A stretch of DNA of 64,000 nt from Candidatus Sulfotelmatobacter sp. (lineage in GTDB: Bacteria > Acidobacteriota > Terriglobia > Terriglobales > Acidobacteriaceae): assembly GCA_049584615.1 (NCBI GenBank), contig JBAUYE010000355.1, positions 3,876-67,875 on the forward strand, given 5' to 3'. The notes beneath the pieces are model-generated. The model was not told the origin of the DNA, ran no database searches, and worked only from the letters and a program-made list of their open reading frames with translations. This document shows, piece after piece, positions 1 to 9,261 of the stretch; position 1 is the first letter of the stretch, and every line of letters starts with the position of its first letter. The translations under genes were made by a program, and so were the position numbers.

Positions 1-293
1 GTTTCTCGCACCGTAAGCTTTTCTGAAAGCCGCGTCTCCTGCAGAGAAATTCCCAGCCACTCCCGCATCTCGCGCGCATTCTCGCGCCAGGAGTGCCCGA
101 AAATCGACACTTCGCCCGAGGTCGGCTCCAGCAATCCTTCGAGGATTTCAATCGTTGTCGTCTTCCCTGCCCCGTTCGGCCCGAGAAGACCAAAACATTC
201 GCCGGCTTGAATCTCGAGGTTCAGCCCGCGCACGGCCTCGACCTTGCCGTCGTATGTTTTGCGCAGATCGCGACATTGGATGGCAGCAGCCAC
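1..293 (-). CDS. ABC transporter ATP-binding protein, N-terminal part (the gene runs off the window start)
   Basis: Minus-strand translation from GTG at 293, with an in-frame TAA just upstream, reads VAAAIQCRDLRKTYDGKVEAVRGLNLEIQAGECFGLLGPNGAGKTTTIEILEGLLEPTSGEV. The Walker A motif GPNGAGKT is present. It is absent from the ORF track because it has no stop inside the window. Confidence 0.85.
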   Translation of the reverse strand, partial: MAAAIQCRDLRKTYDGKVEAVRGLNLEIQAGECFGLLGPNGAGKTTTIEILEGLLEPTSGEVSIFGHSWRENAREMREWLGISLQETRLSEKLTVRE

Positions 294-336
294 GTTGTGA
301 TTTTACCGGATGAGCCCGCCCAATATTGTTTGGCGA

Positions 337-642
337 TCAGTCCTGTCCAGAATTTCGGACAGGTGCGGCGGGAGAGAATAGCTCCTCGACTTCCGGACCG
401 CCCCGGTACAGCCACGTAGCCAAAAGAGAGAAGCCGACGATCCTAATAACAAGAAACCCCAGCGCGATGAGGTAGAAGTGGCGCCGATACTCGATGAAGG
501 TCGACGGTACAGGGTTTTCATCCACATAGTGAAGGAAGGAATGCAAATACTCTGGCAAACGGGATGCTTCGCCGAGGGCCCACACAATGAAAAGCAACGC
601 GAGCGCCCGGCTCGCCAACACCACAGCATCTTTTCTTGACAT
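337..642 (-). CDS. Small hydrophobic membrane protein (hypothetical), upstream of the ABC ATPase
   Basis: The 101-aa ORF has two or three hydrophobic stretches (ALALLFIVWALG, FYLIALGFLVIRIVGFSLLATWL). A GGGAAGG-like RBS lies before the ATG, and the gene ends 43 nt upstream of the co-directional ABC ATPase. Confidence 0.45.
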   Translation of the reverse strand: MSRKDAVVLASRALALLFIVWALGEASRLPEYLHSFLHYVDENPVPSTFIEYRRHFYLIALGFLVIRIVGFSLLATWLYRGGPEVEELFSPAAPVRNSGQD

Positions 643-841
643 AACCTTCCCTTTCCGGCCGACACCGTCCTGCTACAATACCGCATCGGCGGATTCATTT
701 CCCGGATCTTCACTCTCATGCGCACACCCAAGCGCGGCTTCACTTGACGGCGTTCCCTCTAAGACGCCCGTGTGTCGTTTCCATCCAGTTCTCAGTTTCC
801 AGCTCTCAGTTCTCGGTTGAGAACCCGAAAGGACGCCGCCT

Positions 842-1828
842 ATGCTGCGCAAGCTTTGCGCATTGTCGCTCCTGCTCCTCGCCTTTGCTCTGTCCGCCCG
901 GGCCCAGGATTCCCGCCACTTCACGTTTCACTATGCTTTCACGGTGAGGAATATTCCTGGTGGAAAGAAAGTCCGAATCTGGGTGCCCGTAGCGCACTCC
1001 GACGCTTATCAAGAGGTAAAAGTCATCTCAGCTCAAGGCGATCTGCCTTTGAAGAAAACCACCGAGCCGAAATACGGCAACCAGATCTATTACGCCGAGA
1101 CGACTGCGGCGCAGCCCGAACTGCACTTCGATGTGGAATACGACGTGACGCGCCATGAGCGTGTGGCTCTCGGAGAAACTGCGCCTCACGTGGTTGCCGT
1201 TTCACTCTCCTCCGCCGAAAAGCATCAAGATCTTCAGCCTGACGAACTCGTTCCCGTAACTGGTCTGCCCGCCGATCTTGCGGTCAAGGTAACTCAAGGC
1301 AAGACCGATCAACTCGACAAGGCCCGCGCCATCTACGATTACGTCTTCACCACCATGCGCTACGACAAAACCGGAACCGGCTGGGGACACGGCGACGTTC
1401 TCTATGCCTGCGACGCCAAGAAAGGCAACTGCACCGACTTCCATTCCCTCTTCATTGCTATGGCTCGATCCCAAGGCATCCCAGCCCGCTTCGAGATCGG
1501 GTTTCCGCTGCCGCCTGACAAGCACAGCGCCGAGATTGCCGGATACCACTGCTGGTCCGATTTCTGGATTGACGGCCGAGGATGGATCCCCGTGGACATT
1601 TCCGAGGCTTGGAAGCACCCGGAGAAGCGCGACTACTTCTTCGGTTCCCACGATGTGAACCGTGTGCAGTTCAGCATGGGACGCGATCTGCGGCTCAACC
1701 CGCCGCAGCAGGGTAAGGCGCTGAACTATTTCGTCTACCCCTACGTGGAAGTCGATGGCCAGGAGTTTTCGAATGTAGCGTTGGCTTTCTCATTCGCTGA
1801 TCCTGGAGCAACTGTCGCCGCGCGATAG
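842..1828 (+). CDS. Secreted transglutaminase-like cysteine protease family protein
   Basis: A signal peptide MLRKLCALSLLLLAFALSARA is present. The transglutaminase core Cys-His-Asp context is visible (KKGNCTDFHSLFIAMARSQGIPARF ... GYHCWSDFWIDGRGWIPVD). Confidence 0.85.
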   Translation: MLRKLCALSLLLLAFALSARAQDSRHFTFHYAFTVRNIPGGKKVRIWVPVAHSDAYQEVKVISAQGDLPLKKTTEPKYGNQIYYAETTAAQPELHFDVEYDVTRHERVALGETAPHVVAVSLSSAEKHQDLQPDELVPVTGLPADLAVKVTQGKTDQLDKARAIYDYVFTTMRYDKTGTGWGHGDVLYACDAKKGNCTDFHSLFIAMARSQGIPARFEIGFPLPPDKHSAEIAGYHCWSDFWIDGRGWIPVDISEAWKHPEKRDYFFGSHDVNRVQFSMGRDLRLNPPQQGKALNYFVYPYVEVDGQEFSNVALAFSFADPGATVAAR

Positions 1829-1845
1829 CCGCGCCTTGCCCAGTG

Positions 1846-2967
1846 TTATCGCGCCGGCAGCATCCCATTGGGATCGCCCGGAGGTTGAGGAATGTCCGGC
1901 GGTGGCATGGCCGGCACCGGCGAGGCTCCGTTCGCCGGCCTCGGCACATCTTGTGAATCTTCTCCAGGACGCCGCAGCGTGGGAGGGTTCGCGGGCTGCT
2001 CTGCTGGTTCTTTCTTCGCTTCTTTATCCTTATCCCTGTCCGACGGCTCCAGGATTACTTCTTTCTCGGTGCGTACGATCTTTTCGCCGTCCACCTTCAT
2101 GGTCTCGACGCGTACTACCTCGTCCCCTACGAAGCGCACGAAGTCGACATCCGCCGGAGGCTCACCATAAATCCATTCTTCGTATTCCGTCTCTCCATCC
2201 CGTTCGCGGTCTTTCTTTGGCGGTTTGCCTTTGGCGTGAAGCACCATCTCCTGATTCATCCCCACCAAAACATGATGGGCCTGAATCGCCGCCTTCACCT
2301 TAGGCGGAACGCTGTCCAGATAGGCTTGCTCCTTATTCCTGGCATTGAAATCGAGCACGGGATGCAGCAATTCCCGCGCTTGCGCAACCGTCATCTCGGG
2401 AACATGCTTGTCGAAATAAAGGTCCACGAAGGTACCGTGCGGATTGGCTTGCGCATCGTCCGGCCCACCCGAAACCGGAGTTCCGTAAGCCCCGGTAACC
2501 TCGACGCGCTGGTACCACTTCTTGTGACGGGTGGGGCCGCCGTTAATCTCGAAATGAATGTGGTCATCCTTGATCTGCACATAAGAGATGCGTGCGGGAT
2601 CACCGGGCTTGATCGCTGGTCCCCAGAGGGCCAGGGCCTGGCGCAATTGCTCGCCATCCGGTGTTATCACGCCGTCCTTCAACAGCAGCCCTTTGGAGCC
2701 CATCGGAAAAGACGTGCGCGCATACACTAGCTGGGTTTCGAATTCGCGAATGATTTGATAGCGACTCTGTTTGCTGATGCGCGGTGCGTTCGCGGGAATC
2801 GCAGGAACTGCGGGTTGCTCTGAGGAGGATGGTGTCGGCTGAACGGCTTTGCGAAGCTGTCCCTGGGAATTTGATTCGGCAGATTGCGCGCTGCAATTTT
2901 CGCCCACAAGCACAATCGTGGCCGCGGTTACGAGGGTGATGAGCAGCAGAACACGAACACGGTCCAT
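1846..2967 (-). CDS. Hypothetical secreted protein with a Pro/Lys/Glu-rich C-terminal tail
   Basis: The 373-aa ORF has an N-terminal signal-like segment (VLLLITLVTAATIVLVGENCSA). The composition looks coding throughout, and I recognise no domain. Confidence 0.6.
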   Translation of the reverse strand: MDRVRVLLLITLVTAATIVLVGENCSAQSAESNSQGQLRKAVQPTPSSSEQPAVPAIPANAPRISKQSRYQIIREFETQLVYARTSFPMGSKGLLLKDGVITPDGEQLRQALALWGPAIKPGDPARISYVQIKDDHIHFEINGGPTRHKKWYQRVEVTGAYGTPVSGGPDDAQANPHGTFVDLYFDKHVPEMTVAQARELLHPVLDFNARNKEQAYLDSVPPKVKAAIQAHHVLVGMNQEMVLHAKGKPPKKDRERDGETEYEEWIYGEPPADVDFVRFVGDEVVRVETMKVDGEKIVRTEKEVILEPSDRDKDKEAKKEPAEQPANPPTLRRPGEDSQDVPRPANGASPVPAMPPPDIPQPPGDPNGMLPAR

Positions 2968-3144
2968 GAACTACCCCTGGCCGACTCACACCTATTATAG
3001 CGCCGTCACCGTATCCGGACGCCATATAGAAACATGGGAACGGCTGCCAGGAGTTCATCCAAAGCTGGCTATTTGTGACATATTTGTGCACCCCAAGTTT
3101 CGCCGGGGTGTTCATCATCTGATGGGGTGATGCTGAAGAGGAGC

Positions 3145-3402
3145 TTACACGCTCTCCGGGCCGCGCTTCTTATGCTGCTGACATTTGGTCATGATGGCGG
3201 ATCGGAGGCGGGAACGGAGGTCTTCAGGCAATTCGTAAAGCTGAGAGTCGCGATAGATCTCGATGGTCTTTTTCGTGGTGTCGCAAACCACATAGCAGTT
3301 GTGGCACCAGGAAAGGTGATTCTCCAACTCGACTTTCGTAGGTTCGTCGAGAACGCCGTCCAAATAATTGGTCAGCTCGTGCAAAAATTCAGAGCATTTC
3401 AC
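3145..3402 (-). CDS. Zinc-binding (ZAS) anti-sigma factor, short soluble type
   Basis: The 85-aa ORF carries an HxxxCxxC motif (HLSWCHNC) plus further Cys residues and has no transmembrane segment. Its start overlaps the upstream sigma gene stop by 4 nt. Confidence 0.75.
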   Translation of the reverse strand: MKCSEFLHELTNYLDGVLDEPTKVELENHLSWCHNCYVVCDTTKKTIEIYRDSQLYELPEDLRSRLRSAIMTKCQQHKKRGPESV

Positions 3403-4028
3403 TGGTCGCCATCTCCACTCTCGCGTTTCTGGAAGAACCTTCCGAGGCGCTCGCGCAGCTGCAGGCGTGCCCGCAACAATCGCGACTTCACGGCGGGTAC
3501 GCTCAACTCCAGAGCGGCCGCGGTTTCCTCCGTCGAAAGTCCTTCCACGTCCCTCAGTACGAACACGGTCCGAAAGCCCGGGGGGAGGCCCTGGATCGTC
3601 TTGCTCAAAATCTCCCGCAACTCCGCCTGGTTATACTGCTGCTCCGGATTAGGACTCCAATCCGCGATCTCACGCGGAAGCGAATCATCTTCCGTCTTTA
3701 TATCTTCGTCGAGCGAGACCGTTCGCTCGGGCTTCCGCCGGCGCAACTTCATCAACGCTTCGTTGACGGCGATGCGTACCAGCCAGGTATAAAATTTCGA
3801 CTGCTCCTGAAACTTCGCCAGGTTCCCGTACGCCTTCAGAAAGGCTTCCTGAACCACATCTTCCGCATCCTCGCGGTTCTGCGTGATGTGTTGCGCGATC
3901 CGAAAGACGTTGCGATCGTAGCGGCGCACCAACTCTTCAAAAGCTGAGTCGTCGCCCTGCTTGGCCGCCCGAACCAGTGTCAGCTCATCACTGACAGGCC
4001 CTTCTAGTCTGTTTTGGATGGCTCCCAT
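3399..4028 (-). CDS. ECF-type RNA polymerase sigma-70 family factor
   Basis: Region 2 (FEELVRRYDRNVFRIAQHITQNREDAEDVVQEAFLKAY) and region 4 (LPPGFRTVFVLRDVEGLSTEETAAALELSVPAVKSRL) are both visible. The start is placed at ATG 4028. The track ORF extends to GTG 4070. Confidence 0.9.
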   Translation of the reverse strand: MGAIQNRLEGPVSDELTLVRAAKQGDDSAFEELVRRYDRNVFRIAQHITQNREDAEDVVQEAFLKAYGNLAKFQEQSKFYTWLVRIAVNEALMKLRRRKPERTVSLDEDIKTEDDSLPREIADWSPNPEQQYNQAELREILSKTIQGLPPGFRTVFVLRDVEGLSTEETAAALELSVPAVKSRLLRARLQLRERLGRFFQKRESGDGDQ

Positions 4029-4269
4029 TCTATCGACGATGCAGTATTTTGCGGGTCCGAACCGCGGCACTCAAAAGTAAGCTGTTATTCTACTTGGTAA
4101 CCGAAGTGTTTGCCCAATCGAGTTTCCGGTTTCAAGCAGGACAAGATTTGCGGTAGAGTCGGAGATTGGGAAGGTGCGCGGTCGAACACGTCCTTGCGTA
4201 CTCTGGGGCCTTCTCACAAGTGCCGTATAATCAGCACTTAAGGACTGGACTCGGGCGGATGTTACCGCG

Positions 4270-5424
4270 GTGCGTGTTTCGAAGGGATACGGTTCTCTAG
4301 GCATGGGGCACGAAAAACAGAATGAAGTGCGGCAGGTAATCGAACACGCCGTGGCGCAAGCCCTGCAGGCGCAGATGCCGCAATTGCAATCGCAGATTGT
4401 GCAGCAGGTGCTGGAAGCCTTGCCCGCCCGCTCGAGCGAAGATTCTGCTGCGCATGCTCCCGGCGCCTCAGACTCCGGTGCACTGGTTCAGGCCGTCGCT
4501 GCGATTCATGCAGGATCGAGCCAGAAGGAAATTCTGCGGGCGTTGCTAGACGCTGGCAGTGGGTATTGCTCGCGCATCGCGCTGTTCGTGGTAAAGGCAG
4601 GAGCGGCGTCAGGGTGGCAATCCCGTGGTTTCGGTGACGAGGAAGTGGTCAAAGATTTTGCTCTCGATCTAAGCGCCGGTCCGGTGGCCCACACCTACCA
4701 GAATCGAGTAGCAACGCCCGGCAACATCGCTGAGATGGGCCGCAAATTCGTGAAAGAATTTGGCAGCCCGGCCAATGAACAGGTGCTGGTGTTACCCCTT
4801 GCTCTCAAGGATAAAGTAGCGGCGCTGGTTTATGCCGATGGAGGCGACACCGGCAATCTTGATCAGAACGCCTTGGAATTGCTGGTGGTCGCAACCAGCG
4901 CATGGCTCGAAGTGACTTCACTGCGCAAGCAGGCAGCCGCCCGAGAAGACAGCGAGACGGTGAGCCGGGTCGAGGCCCCGCCGGTGCAAACAGTCTCTTC
5001 TTTTTCCGATCCCTTCGCAACTCACGCGCCCAAACATGTACCCGCCAAGGCCCCAGTCGAGCCCGAACCTGCGGCCGAAGTGGTGGAAGTGGCTTCGGCG
5101 CGCGCTGCAGCCGCACCGGCCGCGGCCACAGATCCTTTGGCCGGATTGTCGCCGGAAGATGCCGACGTCCATCGCAAAGCGCAGCGCTTCGCCCGCCTTC
5201 TCGTGGATGAAATCAAGCTCTACAACCAGGCGAAAGTGGCCGAGGGACGCCGCAATAAAGATTTGTACGACCGGCTCAAAGAAGACATTGACAAGAGCCG
5301 CGGTACATTTCAGAAGCGGTACGGCAACACGGCCGCCGCCAGCGCTGACTACTTTCAGAGCGAGTTGCTGCGCAGTCTAGCCGAAGACGACATCTCCATC
5401 ATGGGTTCAAATTTCCGCCGCTAG
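4270..5424 (+). CDS. Conserved-looking hypothetical protein (Q-rich N-terminus, globular middle, A/P-rich linker, charged helical C-terminus)
   Basis: The 384-aa ORF is divergent from the ECF sigma gene and abuts the slt-like gene. The C-terminus reads HRKAQRFARLLVDEIKLYNQAKVAEGRRNKDLYDRLKEDIDKSRGTFQKRYG. The start is uncertain (GTG 4270 or ATG 4303). Confidence 0.6.
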   Translation: MRVSKGYGSLGMGHEKQNEVRQVIEHAVAQALQAQMPQLQSQIVQQVLEALPARSSEDSAAHAPGASDSGALVQAVAAIHAGSSQKEILRALLDAGSGYCSRIALFVVKAGAASGWQSRGFGDEEVVKDFALDLSAGPVAHTYQNRVATPGNIAEMGRKFVKEFGSPANEQVLVLPLALKDKVAALVYADGGDTGNLDQNALELLVVATSAWLEVTSLRKQAAAREDSETVSRVEAPPVQTVSSFSDPFATHAPKHVPAKAPVEPEPAAEVVEVASARAAAAPAAATDPLAGLSPEDADVHRKAQRFARLLVDEIKLYNQAKVAEGRRNKDLYDRLKEDIDKSRGTFQKRYGNTAAASADYFQSELLRSLAEDDISIMGSNFRR

Positions 5425-5426
5425 AT

Positions 5427-7880
5427 GTGCGGAAGGGTTCTGGCAGTCGAGTGTTTCCAGGAAAAGAATACGTAGTGCAATCAGCTTCGAAGTGGTCGAT
5501 GCTAGCGGCGCTGGCTCTGTGTAGCGGCTCCGGCGTTCTGCTTCCGGCACAGGCATTGCCGCAACCTCAGCCGAGTTCTGTTCAAAGCCAGGCGGACACA
5601 CCTCCGTCGAAACCGGCTGCGCAAGCGGCCCCGAAGGCCGATCAAGCCGCTGCTCCCGGCACGCCCGGCGCCCCAACCGGCAAAGCCCCTGCCGTCAAAA
5701 AGCGCGCAGCCAGGGTAAGGCGTCATCCCGTCGCCACTCACCGGCGGGCGATTTCGCCGCGGGTGCGTCGGATGCGCCAGGCCTTTGTGGCTTCGGCCAG
5801 CCTGCGGCCCATGGCGCAACAGCTTCTGCAGGATCGCTCGCTCCCGGCTTACGCCGGCATGGAAGCTTATGCGCGCGCTCACGCTAAAGAAGATGCCGGA
5901 GCTCTGGCCTGGCTCGTGGTCGGCTACGCTCACGTGCTCGATCGGGAATACGCCAAAGCCATCGACCCGCTGAGCCGCGCCAAAGTGCATGCCGGAGACC
6001 TCGGCGATTACGTCGATTATTACCTTGGAACTTCGTACCTGCAGACTGGACGCACGGCCGAGGCGCTGGCTAGCTTGACCGACTTTGCCAAGAGCCATCC
6101 GGATTCGCTGCTGGTGCGTGACGCCGACGTCAGCTACTCTAGCGCGCTCCTGGCAGAGGGTCAGCCAGCGGAGGCCATAACTCTGCTCGCGCAGGATCGC
6201 ACCCCCCTGCGCTCAGACGTGGAGCTTGCGCTGGGACGCGCCTACGCCGCGGCAGGCCAGACCGCGAAGGCCGCCGAAATCTTCGCGAACATTTATTACA
6301 CGATGCCCGCCAGCCCCGACGCCGATGCGGCGTATGCCGAGTTGAGAAAGCTGCCGTCAGTACCGCCTCCAACCGCCTCCCAGCTGAAAGCCCGCGCCGA
6401 CGGGTTGATGAGCAAGAAGCGCTATGCCGACGCCGCCGAGGAATATCGAAGTCTGATCAACGAAATTAGCCCCAACGCCAATAGCACGGAGCAGTCAGCG
6501 ATCGAACTCGACCTGGCCGACGCGCTTCATCGCGACGGCAAAAACCGTGACGCCAAGCTGGTCCTCGCCTTGGTCGGCGGAGAAGGCGGCGAAATCAACG
6601 CGCATCGCCTGTATCTGCTGGGTCAAGTCGACTTCGCCACAAGCGACAACGATGCCTTTTATCGCACCGTCGACGAACTGCGCCAGGCCGCTCCTTCAAG
6701 TCCATGGCTGGAGCAGGCGCTGATCTCAGATGCTAACCTGCATTTGGTTCATCACGAATATGACCAGGCCCTCGACGCATTTCGCGAAGCGCAGCAGCGC
6801 TTTCCCAACGGCGCGCGCGCTTCCTATACGCACTGGAAGGCAGCCTGGCTCACCTTGCGTCAGGGACGCAACCAGGATGCCGAGAAAGCGTTCGAAGAAC
6901 AGATTGCGCTGTATCCTTCCGGAGCAGAAACTCCCGCAGCTTTGTATTGGCGCGCTCGTCTCGCGGAAGAAGACAATCAGCTCCTCATGGCGCGCGCGTT
7001 TTATCAGAAGCTTTCGGATCGTTACCGCAACTTCTACTATGCAGAGTTGGGTCGGCAGAGACTGAAGCATGTTCCGGCGGCGGAAGCCGATGCCACCACC
7101 CACTACGCTTTGCTCGATCGAGTGCCACCTCTCGACATCAGTGGCAAAGTAGCCGACTCCGAACCACCATCAGACGAATTGCACGTTCAGAAGGCGGAGC
7201 TTCTCGGCAATGGCGGCTTGGTCGATTTCGCTGTGCGCGAATTGCAGGCCGCTGCTGCGGCCGACGGCGGGAGCTGGGGCCCGGCAGAAGCCGCGCAGCT
7301 CTACGATGAAAGCGGACATTACGATCAGGGCATCGAGGTCCTAAAGCACTCCACCCCGAATTATTTTGCCCTCGACATTCCCGATCTGCCGCGGAAATAT
7401 TGGGAAGCGCTATTCCCCAAAGCCTACTGGAGCGATCTGAAACGCTCTTCTGCGGCCAATGGGCTGGATCCCTACCTCGTCGCGTCGCTCATCCGACAGG
7501 AGTCGGAGTTCAATCCCAACGCGGTTTCGCGGGCTAACGCCGTGGGCCTGATGCAGTTGTTGCCGAAAACGGGCAAAACGGTAGCCCGGCAAGTGAAGAT
7601 GAGGCGATACAACCCGAGCCAGTTGTACACGCCCGCAGTGAACCTGCAGCTTGGCACGCGCTATTTCCGTGGTATGGTCGACAAATTCGGCGGCTCGTTT
7701 GAATACGCGCTGGCCGCTTACAACGCCGGATCAGATCGCGTCGAGGATTGGCTAAGCCAAGGTCAATATCGCGATCCGCAGGAGTTTGTGGAATCGATTC
7801 CTTTCACCGAGACCCGCGAATACGTGCAGGCGATCCTGCGCAACGCCAGTGTATACAAGCAGCTTTACGGCACGCCGTAA
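5427..7880 (+). CDS. slt: Soluble lytic murein transglycosylase (Slt70-like: helical/TPR-like superhelix plus C-terminal SLT domain)
   Basis: The SLT catalytic region is ASLIRQESEFNPNAVSRANAVGLMQLLPKTG ... AAYNAGSDRV. A long repeat-helical N-terminal part and a signal-like MLAALALCSGSGVLLPAQA are present. The true start is probably downstream of 5427. Confidence 0.85.
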   Translation: MRKGSGSRVFPGKEYVVQSASKWSMLAALALCSGSGVLLPAQALPQPQPSSVQSQADTPPSKPAAQAAPKADQAAAPGTPGAPTGKAPAVKKRAARVRRHPVATHRRAISPRVRRMRQAFVASASLRPMAQQLLQDRSLPAYAGMEAYARAHAKEDAGALAWLVVGYAHVLDREYAKAIDPLSRAKVHAGDLGDYVDYYLGTSYLQTGRTAEALASLTDFAKSHPDSLLVRDADVSYSSALLAEGQPAEAITLLAQDRTPLRSDVELALGRAYAAAGQTAKAAEIFANIYYTMPASPDADAAYAELRKLPSVPPPTASQLKARADGLMSKKRYADAAEEYRSLINEISPNANSTEQSAIELDLADALHRDGKNRDAKLVLALVGGEGGEINAHRLYLLGQVDFATSDNDAFYRTVDELRQAAPSSPWLEQALISDANLHLVHHEYDQALDAFREAQQRFPNGARASYTHWKAAWLTLRQGRNQDAEKAFEEQIALYPSGAETPAALYWRARLAEEDNQLLMARAFYQKLSDRYRNFYYAELGRQRLKHVPAAEADATTHYALLDRVPPLDISGKVADSEPPSDELHVQKAELLGNGGLVDFAVRELQAAAAADGGSWGPAEAAQLYDESGHYDQGIEVLKHSTPNYFALDIPDLPRKYWEALFPKAYWSDLKRSSAANGLDPYLVASLIRQESEFNPNAVSRANAVGLMQLLPKTGKTVARQVKMRRYNPSQLYTPAVNLQLGTRYFRGMVDKFGGSFEYALAAYNAGSDRVEDWLSQGQYRDPQEFVESIPFTETREYVQAILRNASVYKQLYGTP

Positions 7881-7888
7881 AAGCAATG

Positions 7889-8521
7889 CTAGGGCCGCGC
7901 CGCCCCAACAAACAACAGCCCTTGCACCTTACTCGCGTCTTCGGTTAAACGATCGAAAGTGACTGCCCGGCGCGAATCAGAAAAACGCACATCCTGCAGC
8001 AAGAACTTGTGGACCGCATACGCGGTCTCGTTGGTGGAGTAATCCACCGTCCCGATATAAGTCACGCCGCACAGCACATACACGCGAGAGTTCCAAATCA
8101 TCAGCGCCGCGTGCTGGTTCCGAATCATGGTGATCAAGTGACCAGCATTGACCTGATCTGGCGTCAGATATTCCGTAGTGACCATGATGGCGCGGCCATC
8201 GCTTAAAAGATGCCTTCCCTGCAGCTTGCTGGCAATGTCCTTCAAAGACTTTGGATCCGCCGTCTCGATGCTGTCTTCCAGAGCAGAATTCTTTCCGCAG
8301 CACACTTCTTTGTCGTTGAAAAGAATTTCCAACGACGTCGCTAGCACATCGGCAGCGTGCGAGGATCGCGCCCTCAGAGCTGGCAAATCGTTGACGCGGA
8401 CCTCCTGCTCGGGGTAAGCGACCTGCTGGCCGTATGCCAAGCAACAAACTGTAAGGCACAATGCCGGAATACATTGTGTGAGGCGGCGAAGTGCAGACGG
8501 CCTTCGATTGTAGGATGCCAT
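7889..8521 (-). CDS. Hypothetical secreted protein, apparently co-transcribed with lspA
   Basis: The 210-aa ORF has a signal-like IPALCLTVCCLAYG. Its start lies 2 nt after the lspA stop, with AGGAGGAT just upstream. Confidence 0.55.
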   Translation of the reverse strand: MASYNRRPSALRRLTQCIPALCLTVCCLAYGQQVAYPEQEVRVNDLPALRARSSHAADVLATSLEILFNDKEVCCGKNSALEDSIETADPKSLKDIASKLQGRHLLSDGRAIMVTTEYLTPDQVNAGHLITMIRNQHAALMIWNSRVYVLCGVTYIGTVDYSTNETAYAVHKFLLQDVRFSDSRRAVTFDRLTEDASKVQGLLFVGAARP

Positions 8522-8523
8522 GG

Positions 8524-9036
8524 CTATCCTCCTGCGGGCCGTCCTTCGTGCCCGCCCGGCTTGTGAAACAAAATCTCCAGCACCAGCAACCCCGCCCCAA
8601 TCACAATTGCGCTATCCGCCAGATTAAACACCGGCCACTGATACCGCTTCACATAGAAGAGCAGGAAGTCTACTACGCGCCCGCGCGCCAGGCGATCCCA
8701 GAGATTCCCCAAAGCTCCTCCCATAATCAGCGACAAGGCGACGCCGGTAATCCTGTGAGCTTGGTTGTTTTTCCAGAGCAAGACCGAGACCACGGTCAGC
8801 GCAATCACGGAAAACGCGATCAGCATGGCCGTTTTCCAGTGCGCATTCGAGTCCGCAAACAAGCTGAAAGCCGCGCCCGTATTCTCGGTATGAGTTAGAC
8901 GAAAAAAGCCGGGGATGACCTGAATATGCGAATAAAGCGGGATGCGCTGCGCCGCCAGATGCTTAGTCCAACGGTCTAGCAAAACAACGATAAGGGCGAT
9001 TAGCACATAGAAGGCGCGCGCGGAGTTCTTCGTCAT
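8524..9036 (-). CDS. lspA: Lipoprotein signal peptidase (signal peptidase II)
   Basis: The 170-aa polytopic protein carries the family motifs TENTGAAFS and NLADSAIVIGAGLL, plus GGALGNLWDR. Confidence 0.9.
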   Translation of the reverse strand: MTKNSARAFYVLIALIVVLLDRWTKHLAAQRIPLYSHIQVIPGFFRLTHTENTGAAFSLFADSNAHWKTAMLIAFSVIALTVVSVLLWKNNQAHRITGVALSLIMGGALGNLWDRLARGRVVDFLLFYVKRYQWPVFNLADSAIVIGAGLLVLEILFHKPGGHEGRPAGG

Positions 9037-9261
9037 TCGGAGTCTTGGCCTGCCCCTCTAGCTGCAAAGTCCGGGCCTGGGAACATCTTAAACTGTTTGC
9101 GCTTTCGATTCTTTTCGTCACCATTTTTCATTTTCATCTACCCCGGATGCGCTCCGCCCATGTATTCTGATGCCGCCTTGAGACGGAATGTGCGCCGCGA
9201 AACGCAGCCCGCATGCCGGTCCCCGGGTTGTTTCTAATTCCTATGTCGGCGAAATGTGCGC

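Noticed and set aside
4226-4231. A perfect TATAAT hexamer about 40-70 nt upstream of the 4270/4303 start candidates, as a -10 promoter element.
   Set aside because: There is no convincing -35 (TTGACA-like) hexamer at 16-19 nt spacing, and promoter consensus in this lineage is uncertain. A lone hexamer is too weak to report as a feature.
9037-9261. A possible Mn2+ (yybP-ykoY) riboswitch or Fur/MntR box in the 220-nt leader of mntH.
   Set aside because: I could not find the conserved GGGGAGUAG-type core of the Mn riboswitch. There is only a weak long-range stem (CCGGATGCG / CGCATGCCGG) and an AT-rich TTTTCATTTTCAT run. That is not enough to call a feature, and a covariance-model scan would be needed.
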